NCBI RefSeq assembly: GCF_006345805.1
Contig: NC_043012.1
Location: 47,988,001 to 48,052,000 of the forward strand
DNA: 64,000 bases
Direction: 5' to 3'
From: Octopus sinensis
Taxonomy: Eukaryota
Below are positions 50,953 through 64,000 of the stretch, one piece after another (position 1 is the first letter of the stretch; every line of letters starts with the position of its first letter). The position numbers and the translations under genes were made by a program. The notes under the pieces are model-generated. The model saw only the letters and a program-made list of their open reading frames with translations, was not told the origin of the DNA and searched no databases.

Positions 50953-53900
50953 TGACAACAGAAATAAACGGACCGGTACCCTACGAAAATGACGACCGTC
51001 AAAATAATGGGCCGGACGTTGTACCTCATGTCCCGCAAATAAAACCCAAAAGACGTAAATGGACACGTGAGGAATACATTTCTATCTTACACGCATACTA
51101 CACAGCAGTACTCTACCCCAAAAATGAAAATACAACAACACATACATATAAAATATGGAAGGAAAATAATAGAGATATAGACTTGGATACAGCAATGAAG
51201 CCTAATAAATTAGCTAACGTACGAAGATACATTCTCAACACAAAAGAAATATCAGAAATAGAAATAGAACACCTAAAAGAAAACATACACCAGGAAAATG
51301 TAGATAGAAGTCACACAACAATGCCCAATAATATAAACACTGAAACTGTAAAACACGAAGACAAACGCAACATTCCCAACAAACACGATGTAAACAACGA
51401 AGGGGAGCCTAATGATTATGATAATATAAAAAATAAAATAATCTTAGAACTGAAAACCACAGAGCCCAAAATGGACCACCGACCATACCTCCCAAGAATA
51501 AAAATAAACGAAATAACAACACAATAATAAACAGCATAAACCTAGCCGTCACTGAACTAGCCACTGAAACAAAAAAAGTGATATCACTGAACTAAATGAC
51601 TTGATATACGCAGCAGCCACTGCAGCCACAAAAGAAGCTGGATACTCACCCAAACCCGCCCAAACAGGAGTACCACCACCCAAACAAACCCTGTGGATAA
51701 ATAACATCCAAAACAAAATAAAAAAAATTAGAAAAGACCTGTCGATTCTTAATGAGATCAGCAAACAATCAACGCTACTGAGCAACAAAAAGAGAACAAA
51801 AATGCTCCGCAAATATAACATCACAGAAAAAGATTTGCCGGAGATAAAAGAAAAGCTGAAGCAAGATATCCTTGCCAAAGCTCAAAGGATCCGCCGGTAC
51901 GAGAAACGCCAACGCTTCTTTGAACAGAACAAAAAGTTCAACACCAACCCCAAAAAGTTCTACCAAGATCTGGGAAAAAATAAAATAGAAGTCACTGCAG
52001 CACCAACGGCAGAAGAATTGGAAGAATTCTGGAGAGAAATATGGTCGGCGAACGAACAGCCAAAAAAGGAGTATCAAAATAACAAACTCGGCATCTGAAC
52101 AACTTTGGACCCCATAACAACTGAAGAGGTCACCCAGGCACTGCAAAAACTAAGCAACTGGAAGGCACCTGGGCATGACAAGATCCCCACTTCGGTTGAA
52201 ATATCTAACAGGAATGCACAAAAAGCTGGCTGAAAACTTTAACAGCATACTAGCAGAGCCAGAGACAATGCCTGAATGGCTCACGAAGGGGAAAACCATC
52301 TTAATTCCCAAATCAAATGAAACAGCAAAACCAGAAAAACTACAGACCAATAACCTGCCTCCCTACTATGTTCAAGGCATTTACTGCAGTGATATCGCAA
52401 AGGCTGAACAAGCACCTGGACGAAAACAAATTGTTCCCAGAAGAGCAGAAAGGATGCCGCAGCGGCTCATATGGCTGTAAAGATCAACTAATGATTATAA
52501 GCCGTAACTGAAGACAGCCACAGAAAGAAGAAAGACCTCAGTATGGCCTGGATTGACTACAAAAAGGCGTTTGATAGCATCCCCCACACATGGATCCTCG
52601 AAACACTAGCCATTAACAAAGTAGCACCAACAATCATAAAATTCATAGAGCACTCTATGAATAAATGGCAAACAGTCCTACACCTCCAAACAAAAGAGGG
52701 ACTCATGAAAACCAAAGACATCCCCATCAGAAGAGGAATATTCCAGGGAGACACGCTCTCTCCACTCCTTTTCTGCTTGGCACTGTCACCTCTATCTGAT
52801 ATGCTAATAGAACTGGATGCGGATATAAATGTTACGGCAAAACGATCAACCACCTTTTATATATGGATGACCTAAAACTATACGCTGCAAATGACAAACA
52901 GCTGGGAACCACTATTAAAGACAGTTCATGGATTTACCAAAGAAATAGATATGAAATTTGGATTAGAAAAATGCGCCAAAGTAACCATGAAAAGAGGAAA
53001 ACTAGTTAAAAGTAACAACATCACACTAGATAAAACCAATGAAATAAAAGAATTAGACCAAAGCGCAACTACACAAATACTTAGGAATCCATGAACTAGA
53101 TAAGACACAACCACACACAATGAAAGAGAAAATAAAAAAAGAATATTATAGACGAGTTAGATCAATACTAAAAACAGAGCTCAATGCTAAAAACAAGATA
53201 ATAGGTATCAACACTTTAGCTGTCCCAGTTATAAGTTACAGCTACAATATCCTTAACTGGACACGAAATGAACTGTCCAAAATAGATAGGAAAACAAGAA
53301 AAATACTGACAGGATCTAGGATGCATCACCCAAAATCTGACATATAAAGACTATATATAACAACGTATAGAAGGTGGTAGAGGCCTTATACAGCTGGAAA
53401 ACTACTATAAAATAACCACCATAGGACTGCAAAAATACCTACTTCAGAAGGAAGGAAAACTGATCCAGATAGCAGCAAAACACGAGCAAAACAGAAAACT
53501 GTTCTCAGTATTTAAGGAAGCTGACAAATACAAACAAGAAATCATACCACCTAATAAACACGAAGAAGAAGAAGAAGATGATGAAGAAACAACAAAAGCT
53601 ATAAAACAAATGAAGTCCAAACTAAAAATAGAACAGCAACGAACCATGATAAAACGATGGCAAGAAAAGCCCCTTCATGGTAAATACTGCACTAAACTAA
53701 ACGCAAAAGAAATAGACAAAGAAAGATCCCAACAATGGTTGAGAAGCTCAGGACTCAAAGCAGAAACAGAGGGATTTTTAATTGCAGCACAAGACCAAAG
53801 CCTCTCCACCAGAAATTACCACAAACATGTAATGAAAAGAAATATTACAAGTAACTGCAGAATATGTGGAGATGGACAAGAAACAATAAATCATATTATC

Positions 53901-54523
53901 TCTAGCTGCCCAGTCCTGGCTAAGAAGGAATATATTCACAGACATGACAGAGTTGGAACCTACATACACTGGAAGCTATGCCAACATTATGGAATAACAA
54001 CAGAAAAAAGATGGTATAGGCACACACCAGAAAAGGTTACAGAAAACGAGAAAAGCAACCATACTCTGGGATATGCCGATACACACAGATAGAGAAATTA
54101 AGGCCAACAGACCAGATATAGTTGTAAGAGATCATGAAGAAAAAAAATGCTTTCTAATTGATGTATCAATACCGGCAGATGACAACGTGTCTCTAAAAGA
54201 AATGGAGAAACTCTCAAAATACAAAGACCTGGAAATAGAGGTAACTAGAATGTGGAATCTGAAAACAGAAACAATTCCTATCATAGTAGGTGCATTAGGC
54301 ATGATAAAAAAATATTCAGACAAATACATAACAAAAACACCAGGACTTACAAACACATATATCATACAGAAAATTGCACTACTAGGCACTGCACACATCC
54401 TACGCAGAGCACTTTCCATACAATAACCATCAGAGCATCACAACAAATCACAGCACATACCCAAGGCACACAGAGCTGCGCTCGGTAGTGAAGTGAAAGC
54501 ACGCTATAAAAATAAAACTACTG
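50952..54523 (+). mobile_element. Near-full-length R4/Dong-clade LINE (family 1), frameshifted, inserted in (AAT)n
   Basis: N-terminal KRRKWTREEY; RT motifs NYRPITCL, AWIDYKKAFDSIPH, GIFQGDTLSPLLF and YMDD (52860-52871); CCHC CRICGDGQETINHIISSC; RLE RPDIVV...IDVSIP...KYKDL; (AAT)n at both ends. Several frameshifts and an RT-proximal deletion near 52090. Confidence 0.95.
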
Positions 54524-55133
54524 AATAATAATAATAGTAATAATAATGAGCGCCATAAAGCTGCAAATGAAATAGATAACATAAGAATTGTGGCCAATAT
54601 AATACGAGGTCAATGGACAGCGGGGCCAATGTATTACGCGAAATTATACATTACCCGCACGACGAAAAAAAAAACAAAGAAACAAAAGGAATAAGAAAAA
54701 CTACAAGTGTTCTCTGATTACAAAATTGAACCAAATACTGTAAGCCTTTGTATTAATCAGTGATTATTTCATTCCCAAGTTTATTTCCATTTGAAAATAC
54801 TGTGCAAGAAACTGAGTATCTTTTGATTTACGCTGAAAACATCGAAACGACAAAATATGTAGCATATATGTAGTTTCTTTCATATAGATCCTGTTTAGAG
54901 TTAAATACATTTATACTTCATTGCTGCTAGACATTTCTTATTAGTACTTGATCATTCGGACAACCTACTTCAAGAACCAGTGAGCTTCACAAACCCTTCT
55001 AGCATAGAGTTGTATAGATTATAATTCAGATATCTTGTCGAAGTACAATAATGATAATGGTGGTCATATGGTCGACGACGAAGATAATGATGACGACGGC
55101 GATGGTGATGTTGATGATGATATTAACGGTAAA

Positions 55134-55209
<76 letters not shown>

Positions 55210-55407
55210 CAAAAAGAACAACAAACGCCAGAGAAATGAAATATTGAGTTTTGATAAAAGTGGACGTTTTAATCTGTTATTGAAAGAGATGGTGATGCTG
55301 ACGAGAAATTTTCCTTTCATGCAAAGGGAAATGCTTCGATATATTGATTGCTGGTGTTTTTTAACTTCGATGAATAGGAACAATATCATATTGATTTGTA
55401 TATGCAT

Positions 55408-55454
<47 letters not shown>

Positions 55455-55461
55455 CTTGTAT

Positions 55462-55510
<49 letters not shown>

Positions 55511-55580
55511 CATATATGTATATATATATAATTATATATATACATGTATGTATATATTTATATATATAAGTATATATATA

Positions 55581-55618
<38 letters not shown>

Positions 55619-55789
55619 GTGTGTGTGTATGTATGTGCGTGCATGTGTACATGAATGTGTGAATAGATATATATATATATGCATTCGTATATATAAATAC
55701 ATACACACATTCTCATACATACATATATACATGCATATATACATATGTCATATTTCTGTGGATGATGTTACACGTGATTAGCAGTTGCC

Positions 55790-56080
55790 TCTAAATCACA
55801 TCAAGGTACCTACACCCTAGACAACTTGACGTTGTCGTACAAAGGAACATACGATGCCATTCGGATAAGAAGACTGTCCTGGAATAAATATGGAGAATCT
55901 CCCTGGTACTGAATACATACACAAACATCAGCTCAAGGAATACTGGTGGAATGTACCCATTAAAACATCTGTCAAGTGCAAACATAACAGGCCGGATACC
56001 GTTGTTTGGGACAGACGAGAAAAAGTCAGCTGTTCTGTTGACGTGAATATCTCTTTGAGATTGAAAGAGAAACAAGGTAC
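55790..56080 (+). mobile_element. RLE-domain fragment of another R2-group LINE, copy 1
   Basis: YWWNVPIKTSVKCKHNRPDTVVWDR. Confidence 0.8.
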
Positions 56081-56395
56081 TTAATTTATTGGCCCGAAAG
56101 AATGAAAAGCAAAGTCGACCTCGAAGGAATTTGAACTCAGAGCATAACGGCAGACGAAATACCTATTTCGTTACTACCCACAAGGGGCTAAACCCAGAGA
56201 GGACAAACAAGGACAGACAAACGGATTAAGTCGATTATATCGACCACAGTGCATAACTGGTACTTATTTAATCGACCCCGAAATGATGAAAGGCAAAGAC
56301 GACCTCGACGGAATTTGAACTCAGATCGTAGCGACAGGCGCAATGCTGCTAAGCATTTCGCCCGGCATGCTAACGTTTCTACCGGCTCGCCGCCT
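56076..56395 (-). mobile_element. Two SINE family B copies (partial 56076-56162, full 56163-56395)
   Basis: Reverse complement of ggcggcgagccggtagaaacgttagcatgccgggcgaaatgc... Confidence 0.88.
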
Positions 56396-56502
56396 AAATT
56401 TTGTTAATTTGCTTCCGTGTTACAAACTTACATGACTCTAATCAGGAGCCGATTACGTCAATTTTCATGGTTACCAACATTGTAACAATAACGTCGTTCA
56501 TG

Positions 56503-56930
56503 ATTACCAACACGGATTCTCCCTGGTAGTGAATACACACACAGATATCAACTCAAGGAATACTGGTGGAATGTTCCCATCAAAACATCTGTCAAGTGTA
56601 AACGTAACAGGCTGGATACCATTGTTTGGGACAGACGAGAAAAAGTCAGCTGTTCTCTTGACGTGAATATGACTTCGAGATGCAAAGAGAAACAAGGTAA
56701 TTATGGAAAACTGCACTGTAACCACCAGCTTTTATACCCAGATTATAAATTCATATTTATGCTAATGATAATTGGTGCATTTCGTTTTGTAATAAATTAC
56801 CTGTGTGACAATCTCGAAAGCCCTGAGATTTTAGGAAGGAAAAATATCAGGCTACTAACTTGCAAATTACGAATGCATGCTATAAGTAGAACAGTAAGAA
56901 TATGCAAAATATTTCATCAATTTCTGAAGT
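56503..56930 (+). mobile_element. RLE-domain fragment, copy 2, extending to the ORF end
   Basis: About 190 bp shared with 55893-56080, then QLLYPDYKFIFMLMIIGA...RTVRICKIF. Confidence 0.8.
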
Positions 56931-57109
56931 GCGACAATTTTTTTTTTCAATATTCCAACGATGCGGCTTGGTATCTTTCCTAGAAAACAGCTTCTTTCTC
57001 AAAGAAAGAATTTAAATAACTAAAAATAGAAAAAAACGTACATACATACATGCATACATACACATATATACAGTAAGTCGTGAGCTACAGGCAGCTCTAA
57101 TAGCATACA

Positions 57110-57790
57110 TATAAACATGGAAGTATTTCCATACATTTCCACCCACAACCCTAAAAACATCGAAGCATACACCACAATCATACAAAACCTCCCCTTACAG
57201 TTCACAGACCCAAAAATGAATAATATTATAAATACAAATAAAATCCTCAAATGCAAAAGGCAACATAAATCATTGAAAAAACTCTTAACAAATGCCAAAC
57301 TTCACACACCACATCCACCCCATCAGTTAAAAAATGTGAACGCCCTAACTGTAGTACATGCCCCTTCCTACTTGAAGGCTCTGTATTTACTTTCAAACAA
57401 GGAACAAAGTTTAAAATCAAGACCAACTTATTTGTTCCTCCGAGAACCTCATTTACGTTCTTACATGCGTCGGTTGCCAACACAATTATATCCTTTACGC
57501 AGAAGAGTAGCAGTCCAGAAAGAACAACCAAATCTCACACAATACCGTCAAATTCCACTCAGTAGTCACATAGACTCTTGCGCTAGAAATAAAAATCCCA
57601 AATTTCATATATTCCCTTTCTACAGAATCTCTACATAAAAAAGAATCAACAAGGTGAATCTTTTTATTGAAAAAATCCAAACGCTTCTTAATATGCAAAC
57701 TCCACGGTGACCGTATTGCTTTTTCTAGCATCCTGTCTGACAAATATGACAGATATGAGCATCTTGTCTGACAAAAAATCCAGCATTCCA
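57110..57790 (+). mobile_element. PLE fragment with Cys-rich linker and GIY-YIG endonuclease (Neptune-like)
   Basis: THNPKN, KRQHKSLKKLLTNAK, then in shifted frames CERPNCSTCP and CSSENLIYVLTCVGC. Confidence 0.8.
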
Positions 57791-58259
57791 ATTAAAGAGC
57801 ATAAAATCCACAGAAATATCTCCCCTTAATCACTGGAACTGGATAACTCCTACCCCATTTTCTGTTTTCTCATATACACATCCAACTTTTTCAAACAAAA
57901 CACTACACCAAAACACATGCATCCTAATCCTCCAAAGAAGTTTTTCCATGGACTAATATTGAACTCTAAAAGCATAAAGACACTACAATGTATTGGTATA
58001 CTTATTTATTAATTTTTGTATATATTTATTATTTTTTTGAAAAATTTTGTAAATTTCTTTTTTCCCCTTCCTCAATTTAAAAAAAAATCCCTTCCAAATC
58101 TTGAAAATTTGACTTGCATTGAAAGCCGCAGTGATTTCTTTTTTTAATTTTCATACACCCATATTTATTAAAATTTACTTTCAGTTTAGCATTCTGCCTT
58201 ATTTTTTCCTCTCCTATCATTTCTCCACGTGTGGTTACCAGAACCCCACTATTTACTGA

Positions 58260-58311
<52 letters not shown>

Positions 58312-58786
58312 ATATATATATAAAGAAATGGAGTTAAACCTAGTTGTTATTCAAATCTTTATTAGTTCCGTAATGTTTCGAAGAAAATATTGGTGTTATT
58401 CCTGAGTGAATTAAATTATGTAAAGCAATGCAATCATCTCGTCATGGAAGAAAAAGAAACAAAACTCATCAATAAACCATTGTAACCGAATGTGATTACC
58501 CCTCATTGGGTTAAAGCATATGTCGGAAATATAAAGATTTGTATAACACCTGCGTTTAAATCCATTTCTTAATTTATCTATGTTATTTCGAAAAGATTTC
58601 ACAAAACCCTGGAATTTCTATCTTTATAAGTAGGTTGTAACATCCTTGGTACTTATGCGAATTTTTGCAACACTGGTAACTATTTATTCATATTTTCCGT
58701 TTTATTTCTACACACTGAAAAATGCACATATTACATACACACACACACACACACATAAACACACACACACATATATATATATATAT

Positions 58787-58817
<31 letters not shown>

Positions 58818-58993
58818 CATATATTACTAAAAAGTAAGAGATTACCCCAAAACGATTACCAGTTTGCTCTCAGTTAGGTAATCAAAATATGTCATTCAAC
58901 AGTTGACATGTAAATAATATGAAATTAGAGGAATATTTCTTTGGAGAATTCTGAATATATTTCCTTAACCATATAGGTTTCCTGGAGTATAAA

Positions 58994-59612
58994 TACTGTC
59001 AATATTAAAAATAAGGGTTACTACGAAGTATCAATAGCATTAACTTTAATTCTATAAATACATACTGCCTTTTAAGACCAACACGTGTATCAGTTGCACC
59101 GATTTGTAATCGTCGCAATTGCAACCCAATTATAAAACGGTGCAATCTCTTCAGGGTCTTAACTTAATATCCTTCTGTATGGTCGTTTAAGGACCATACC
59201 TTGTATAAACCCTGCGTTGTATAATGGAGAGGTGTCCATTAAGTCAGATGCGAGCAATCTCTACTTCAAGTTCTTATTGGATAATAATTTTCAGTCCATC
59301 ATTTTAAAAACCTTACAACGTTTAAATGATTATCAAATAAGAGCCTGAAACAGGGATTGTTCGCATCTGATTTTACGGACAGCTCTAAATTATACAATGC
59401 AGAGTTTATAAAAGAAAATCATTAAACGGCCATAGAGACGGATATCAAGTTCAGACCCTGAAGAGACTGCACCGTTTTGTAGTTGGGTTGCACCGATTAG
59501 TAATCGTTGCAATTGCAACATGTGTTGGTCTTAAAAGCAGGATATAATTATAGAAGTAAAGTTAATACTATTACTTCCTCGGAGACATCTTTATTTTTAA
59601 TATTGTCAATAT
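58994..59612. repeat. ~615-bp fold-back palindrome of two PLE-type repeats, each with a degenerate hammerhead
   Basis: Arms 58994-~59290 and ~59320-59612 are reverse complements; GACC-CTGAAGA...GTGTT-GGTC on the minus strand (59076-59158) and plus strand (59454-59530). Confidence 0.85.
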
Positions 59613-59959
59613 ATATATATATGTATATATATACAAACATGTATACATGCAGATACAAGTAACACAATTATATATATATATATATATATATATTGATCAA
59701 AATAAAATAAAAACATGATGCGAAGGATTCAGCGGTACATATGTTTCGGGCCTTATTAGACAGATTTATAACAATGCATAATGTATGTCTGTGGCCTTCT
59801 TCAGCCGCGCACAACAGCTTCCACAAGGACATGTGTTACATCAAAAATTCTTGGTTGGGGATGCAAATCCTCTCATTCACGTACGACATAATGCGGCAGC
59901 AGCATAGAGTTGAAGCGTCCATCTCTTTCTTCTCTCAATGTGGAATGAGGAAAATGGAT

Positions 59960-61810
59960 GTTGAGGTAATGTAAATAAATAAATACATATATAGAGGTGA
60001 AGATGGAGGGGCGAGAGTTCGGGACGAGGGATAAAAAATGTATAAAAAGTGTAAGTATAGAATAATATAAAACTGTAGAGGATAAAGGGTTGTAAGTAGA
60101 TGTAAAGGGGGTATAAAGAAATATAAAGTAAAAATAGAAATAGAAATAAAAGTAAAAAAACCTGATAAAAACATGATAAAAGTGTAAAAGAATGTAAAGA
60201 TAAGGGATGTATAGAGGTTATGGACCAAGCATGGTGGTCAGGAGATTGATAAAATTTAGTTGTAGAATTGTCAGTACGTCAACAGTTTCGTCTGGGGACT
60301 TAATGCGTTGTAAATCAGAGCTGATGAGCATTTAATCTGGTTCCTTGAATTAAATGGACTTCTAGTACATACATATCATCATGGATATATACACCCACAT
60401 ACACGCGTACATATACGCCTCCAAGCCTATAAGCATACACACGCACTCGCGTGTAAACACGTACATAAACACACACGCACCCACACGCACGCGCGTACAC
60501 ACACATACATACAACAGAATATCCGCCATATACACGGACATTACGCGCGTACACGCTCACATGTATATACGCGCGCCCATCACTACATACACACACGTAT
60601 ATGCCCACGCCTCTAGGTCCAGGTATAAGATTTAAAGGATGTGTATAAGAACGTATGTAAAGAATCCCGTACTCATGTCAATACGCGCACGCACACACGG
60701 CTGTGTGTCCGTATGTGCGTGCACATATACACTCATATACACACAGAGACACACGCGCACATGGGTATAGCTATAAGATATCGAAGTATGCATGTACATA
60801 TATGCGCGTGCATATGTATGTATGCGTATACACACGTACGCGGACGCTCGTATATTCAAAAGGTGGATCCATAGGTAAGTAAATAAACATATATAGAGGT
60901 GTAAAGCGATAAGTTAGGGGTAAGAATGAGGGTAAGGGTAAAGATTAGAAATAAAAAATACTAGTATAAAATAAGAAATACAATGTAATAGTTAGAAATG
61001 AAGTATAAGAATGATAAAAGTTATATAAGAGTTTAGGTAAGGGATGAAAATGAAAATGAGAATAAATGGAAGTAGAATAAAAGTAAAAGTAAAAATAAAA
61101 ATAAAAATAAAAATAAATGGAAGTAGGATAAAAGTAAAAATAAAAGTAAAAATAAAAATAAAATAAAATAAGATAAAAATATAATTTTGTAAAGTTTAAC
61201 ATGAGATGAAGGTGGTTGGAAGTTAGAGGTGTGTGTTAAACGTAGGGGCGGGCGGGGGGAACTGAAAATTGGAAGGGTGGGAAGTGGAGTTGGCGGTGTG
61301 CGTTCAACATCTGAGTTAGAAATGTGAAAGGGTATAGATATAGGGGATTAAAGAGACTACATAGGGAGGATATGGGTGTAGGAGAAGAAATATTTAGGGA
61401 AAAGAAGTCATATATGGGAGACAAAATTTGTATATATAGGGGGAAAATGCAGGGAACCCTATATGCACGTACACACACCCACACACACGCACATGTACAT
61501 ATATATGTATATGTACACATACGTACACGTATGTGCACATACATACGCACACACACACATACACATATACACGCACATATAGGAAAGCGGGATGTGCTGG
61601 AGCCGACAGGTTGCACCGGGTGGGAGGAAATTGCATGGGGGAGTTGGTATAAGACCTAAGCATTGTACTATTTGAAAGTATTAATAAGTTTATGTATACA
61701 GGATGGTTTGAACTCTGACCTTTTGTTAATAAGATTGTGTTTGTCTTTGAATTTCAAGATGTTAAGGAGTTCTACACAGCATAGTTGGCATCCTGCTCTA
61801 TTATTTAAAT
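59960..61810 (-). mobile_element. PLE 3' end: GIY-YIG C-terminus plus a long low-complexity 3' region
   Basis: ORF 61668-61865 ends CQLCCVELLNILKFKDKHNLINKRSEFKPSCIH, matching the PLE CxLCxxE...LxNKRxE motif. The extent of the downstream region is uncertain. Confidence 0.6.
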
Positions 61811-62536
61811 GACAATTATATATATATATATGTTTATGTATATGTATACATATATATATACACATATATGTATGTATGTATGCATGTATGTATATATATA
61901 TATGTATGTATACATTACATACGCGTACATGTATTTACAAATAGGAATAAATAGATAGTATAATAGAATGATTCACAACAGATACATACATATATACATA
62001 TGTGCATACATATATGCATGCATCCATACATACATATTGACATACATAAATACATATACACATACATGCATATATACTAGCATACATGCTAGGACTTAAC
62101 GATATATAAAAAAAAGGTGAGACAGAAAAGATTTTACTATCAGACAATGTTTTGTTCTGTGTTTGAATAATATGGACGTGAACTACAAAGTTGCCATATT
62201 GATTTCAACGTTCGCATGTGTAGTCGTAAAAATAGCAGTCACGTGATAAAGTGCGATTAGTCAGCAATTTATTTTATTTCGTAATTACTGTTGATTGTTT
62301 GTGGAGCCTGTGTCTCATAATCATATTTACAACAACACGTAAGACAAGAAATCATTTTATTTACCAGGCAACAACGAAATATCCATTGATTTTCTCGGAA
62401 AACAAAATATCAAAACAGATAAAGGAATCAGAATTTTGCATAAACGGAAAATATTGATGGCAGAAATAATACAGTGCTAATATGCACGTAAACACCTAAT
62501 TTGTGCATATATATATATATGCATATATATATATGC

Positions 62537-62571
<35 letters not shown>

Positions 62572-62622
62572 TATAAATGTATGTATCTATGTATGTATTC
62601 ATGTATGTATTATATGTATGTA

Positions 62623-62694
<72 letters not shown>

Positions 62695-62727
62695 CCGATA
62701 TATATATAAATATACATACACAGACAC

Positions 62728-62778
<51 letters not shown>

Positions 62779-63314
62779 ATATATACATACATAATTATAT
62801 ACATAGGTGCTTGTGGTTGTGCACGCATGTCATACACACGCATAATAGACAAAACTAAAAGCATTACATAGATCTTTCCTCCTCCTAAATACACTATTTT
62901 TCATTGTATTTACTGAGTGTTCTATAACAAATATTTGTAAATAACGATAGGAAGTCAGACGTAAATTCAATATTCATTAGTGACCTTTTAATCGTAACAT
63001 GACATCGAAAGTAGACACTGATATACCTTTCTGATGATATCATGTATGAAACCACCATTAAAGATTTATATAGTGCAGCTGTCAGTGCATTGGTATGTGT
63101 CATATAAGGAAATGGAAATGGAAACTCTGTTTAGGTTTGGGTCTAATCGCGAAGATGTCCTGATTTGCAGGTACAAAAGTAGAAAATTGCTTCGAAAGCT
63201 GCAACAAGCGCGGTCCTAGAAATTTCGGATAAGTGAATCTCATCTTTACAACAAGAAGGAAAATATGGATAAATATACTTATCATTACAGTTTTCAGAAC
63301 ATCATGTTTCTACG

Positions 63315-63600
63315 AAGCAGGCGTGAGAAGCTTGCCTCCTAACCCAATGGTTCTGGGCTCGGTTCCACTGCGTGGCATCTTGGACAGGTGTCTTCTACTG
63401 GAGCTGCAGGCCGACCAGAGATTTGTGAGTGGATTTGGTAGACGAAAACTGAAAGAAGCCTGTCGTATATATATATTTATGTGTATGTCTATGTGTGGTT
63501 ATCTTGGACAACCGGTGATGGTGTGTTTACATTCCCGTAACTTAGCGGTTCGGTAAAAGAGCTTTATACAAGTCAAACGAAACAAGTAAAAGATAAGAAG
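63315..63600 (+). mobile_element. SINE family A, decayed
   Basis: gagaagcttgcctcc...gtggatttggtagacgaaaactgaaagaagcc...cgtaacttagcggttcgg...gaaacaagtaaaag. Confidence 0.85.
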
Positions 63601-64000
63601 ACTGCCCACCACCCGGGTTACGACGAATCACAAATTATTTCGCCATCGGCCTACTGGCACGCGACTGTATGTTGTACTGAAGGGGCGAAAATATATGCGG
63701 CTTGTTCTACTTTGGCGGGGGTACAGAATTAAAAATTGGTTCCTTAAAAGGGCAATATTTTTGTTCCATATCCCATACAATTCATAAGATGTAGAAATAT
63801 TCAATAGTTTTGTAGTCCACATATAGGATATTTTCCCATATCTTATGACATGTATTATATAACATTATGTAAATTGCATAAGTTTGTATGAGGTATGGAA
63901 TAAAGATAAATGATATGGGATAAAAACATTGTCCGTTAATGGAAACAACTGTAATGTCAATTTGACTTCTTTCTTCACGTAGATTATTACTTAAATAATT

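Noticed and set aside
54431-54445. GCATCACAAC shared by the Dong family 1 3' UTR and the 560-bp element
   Set aside because: Only 10 nt and on the opposite strand to the inferred sense of the element.
55298-55331. CTGACGA followed by a hairpin
   Set aside because: No GAAA-stem III-UH-stem I in the right order.

Overview
Eukaryotic, AT-rich, microsatellite-dense DNA made almost entirely of transposable-element remains. The SINE repertoire looks octopus-like (recognition from memory, not a database search). I cannot support any host protein-coding gene; most six-frame ORFs are microsatellite artefacts. Resolvable structure: (1) a roughly 12-kb zone (42.8-54.6 kb) where (AAT)n tracts were hit repeatedly by several R4/Dong-type RLE LINE families and by an unnamed ~560-bp non-coding element; that element sits directly 5' of a Dong-type LINE, in the same orientation, three separate times; (2) Penelope-like elements (PLEs) and several minimal hammerhead-ribozyme motifs, including a two-copy CCGA-core variant and one linked to a tRNA-like head; (3) a base-exact three-level nest, mariner > Helitron > young ORF1-only LINE derivative; (4) three fold-back palindromes, one carrying a 33-bp micro-inversion; (5) a Gypsy remnant with one LTR, CR1, RTE and HERO-like 3' ends, mariner MITEs and many tRNA-derived SINEs; (6) a local duplication containing an exon-like segment that has diverged in a coding-like way. 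All alignments and folds were done by eye; boundaries are approximate unless a junction sequence is quoted.
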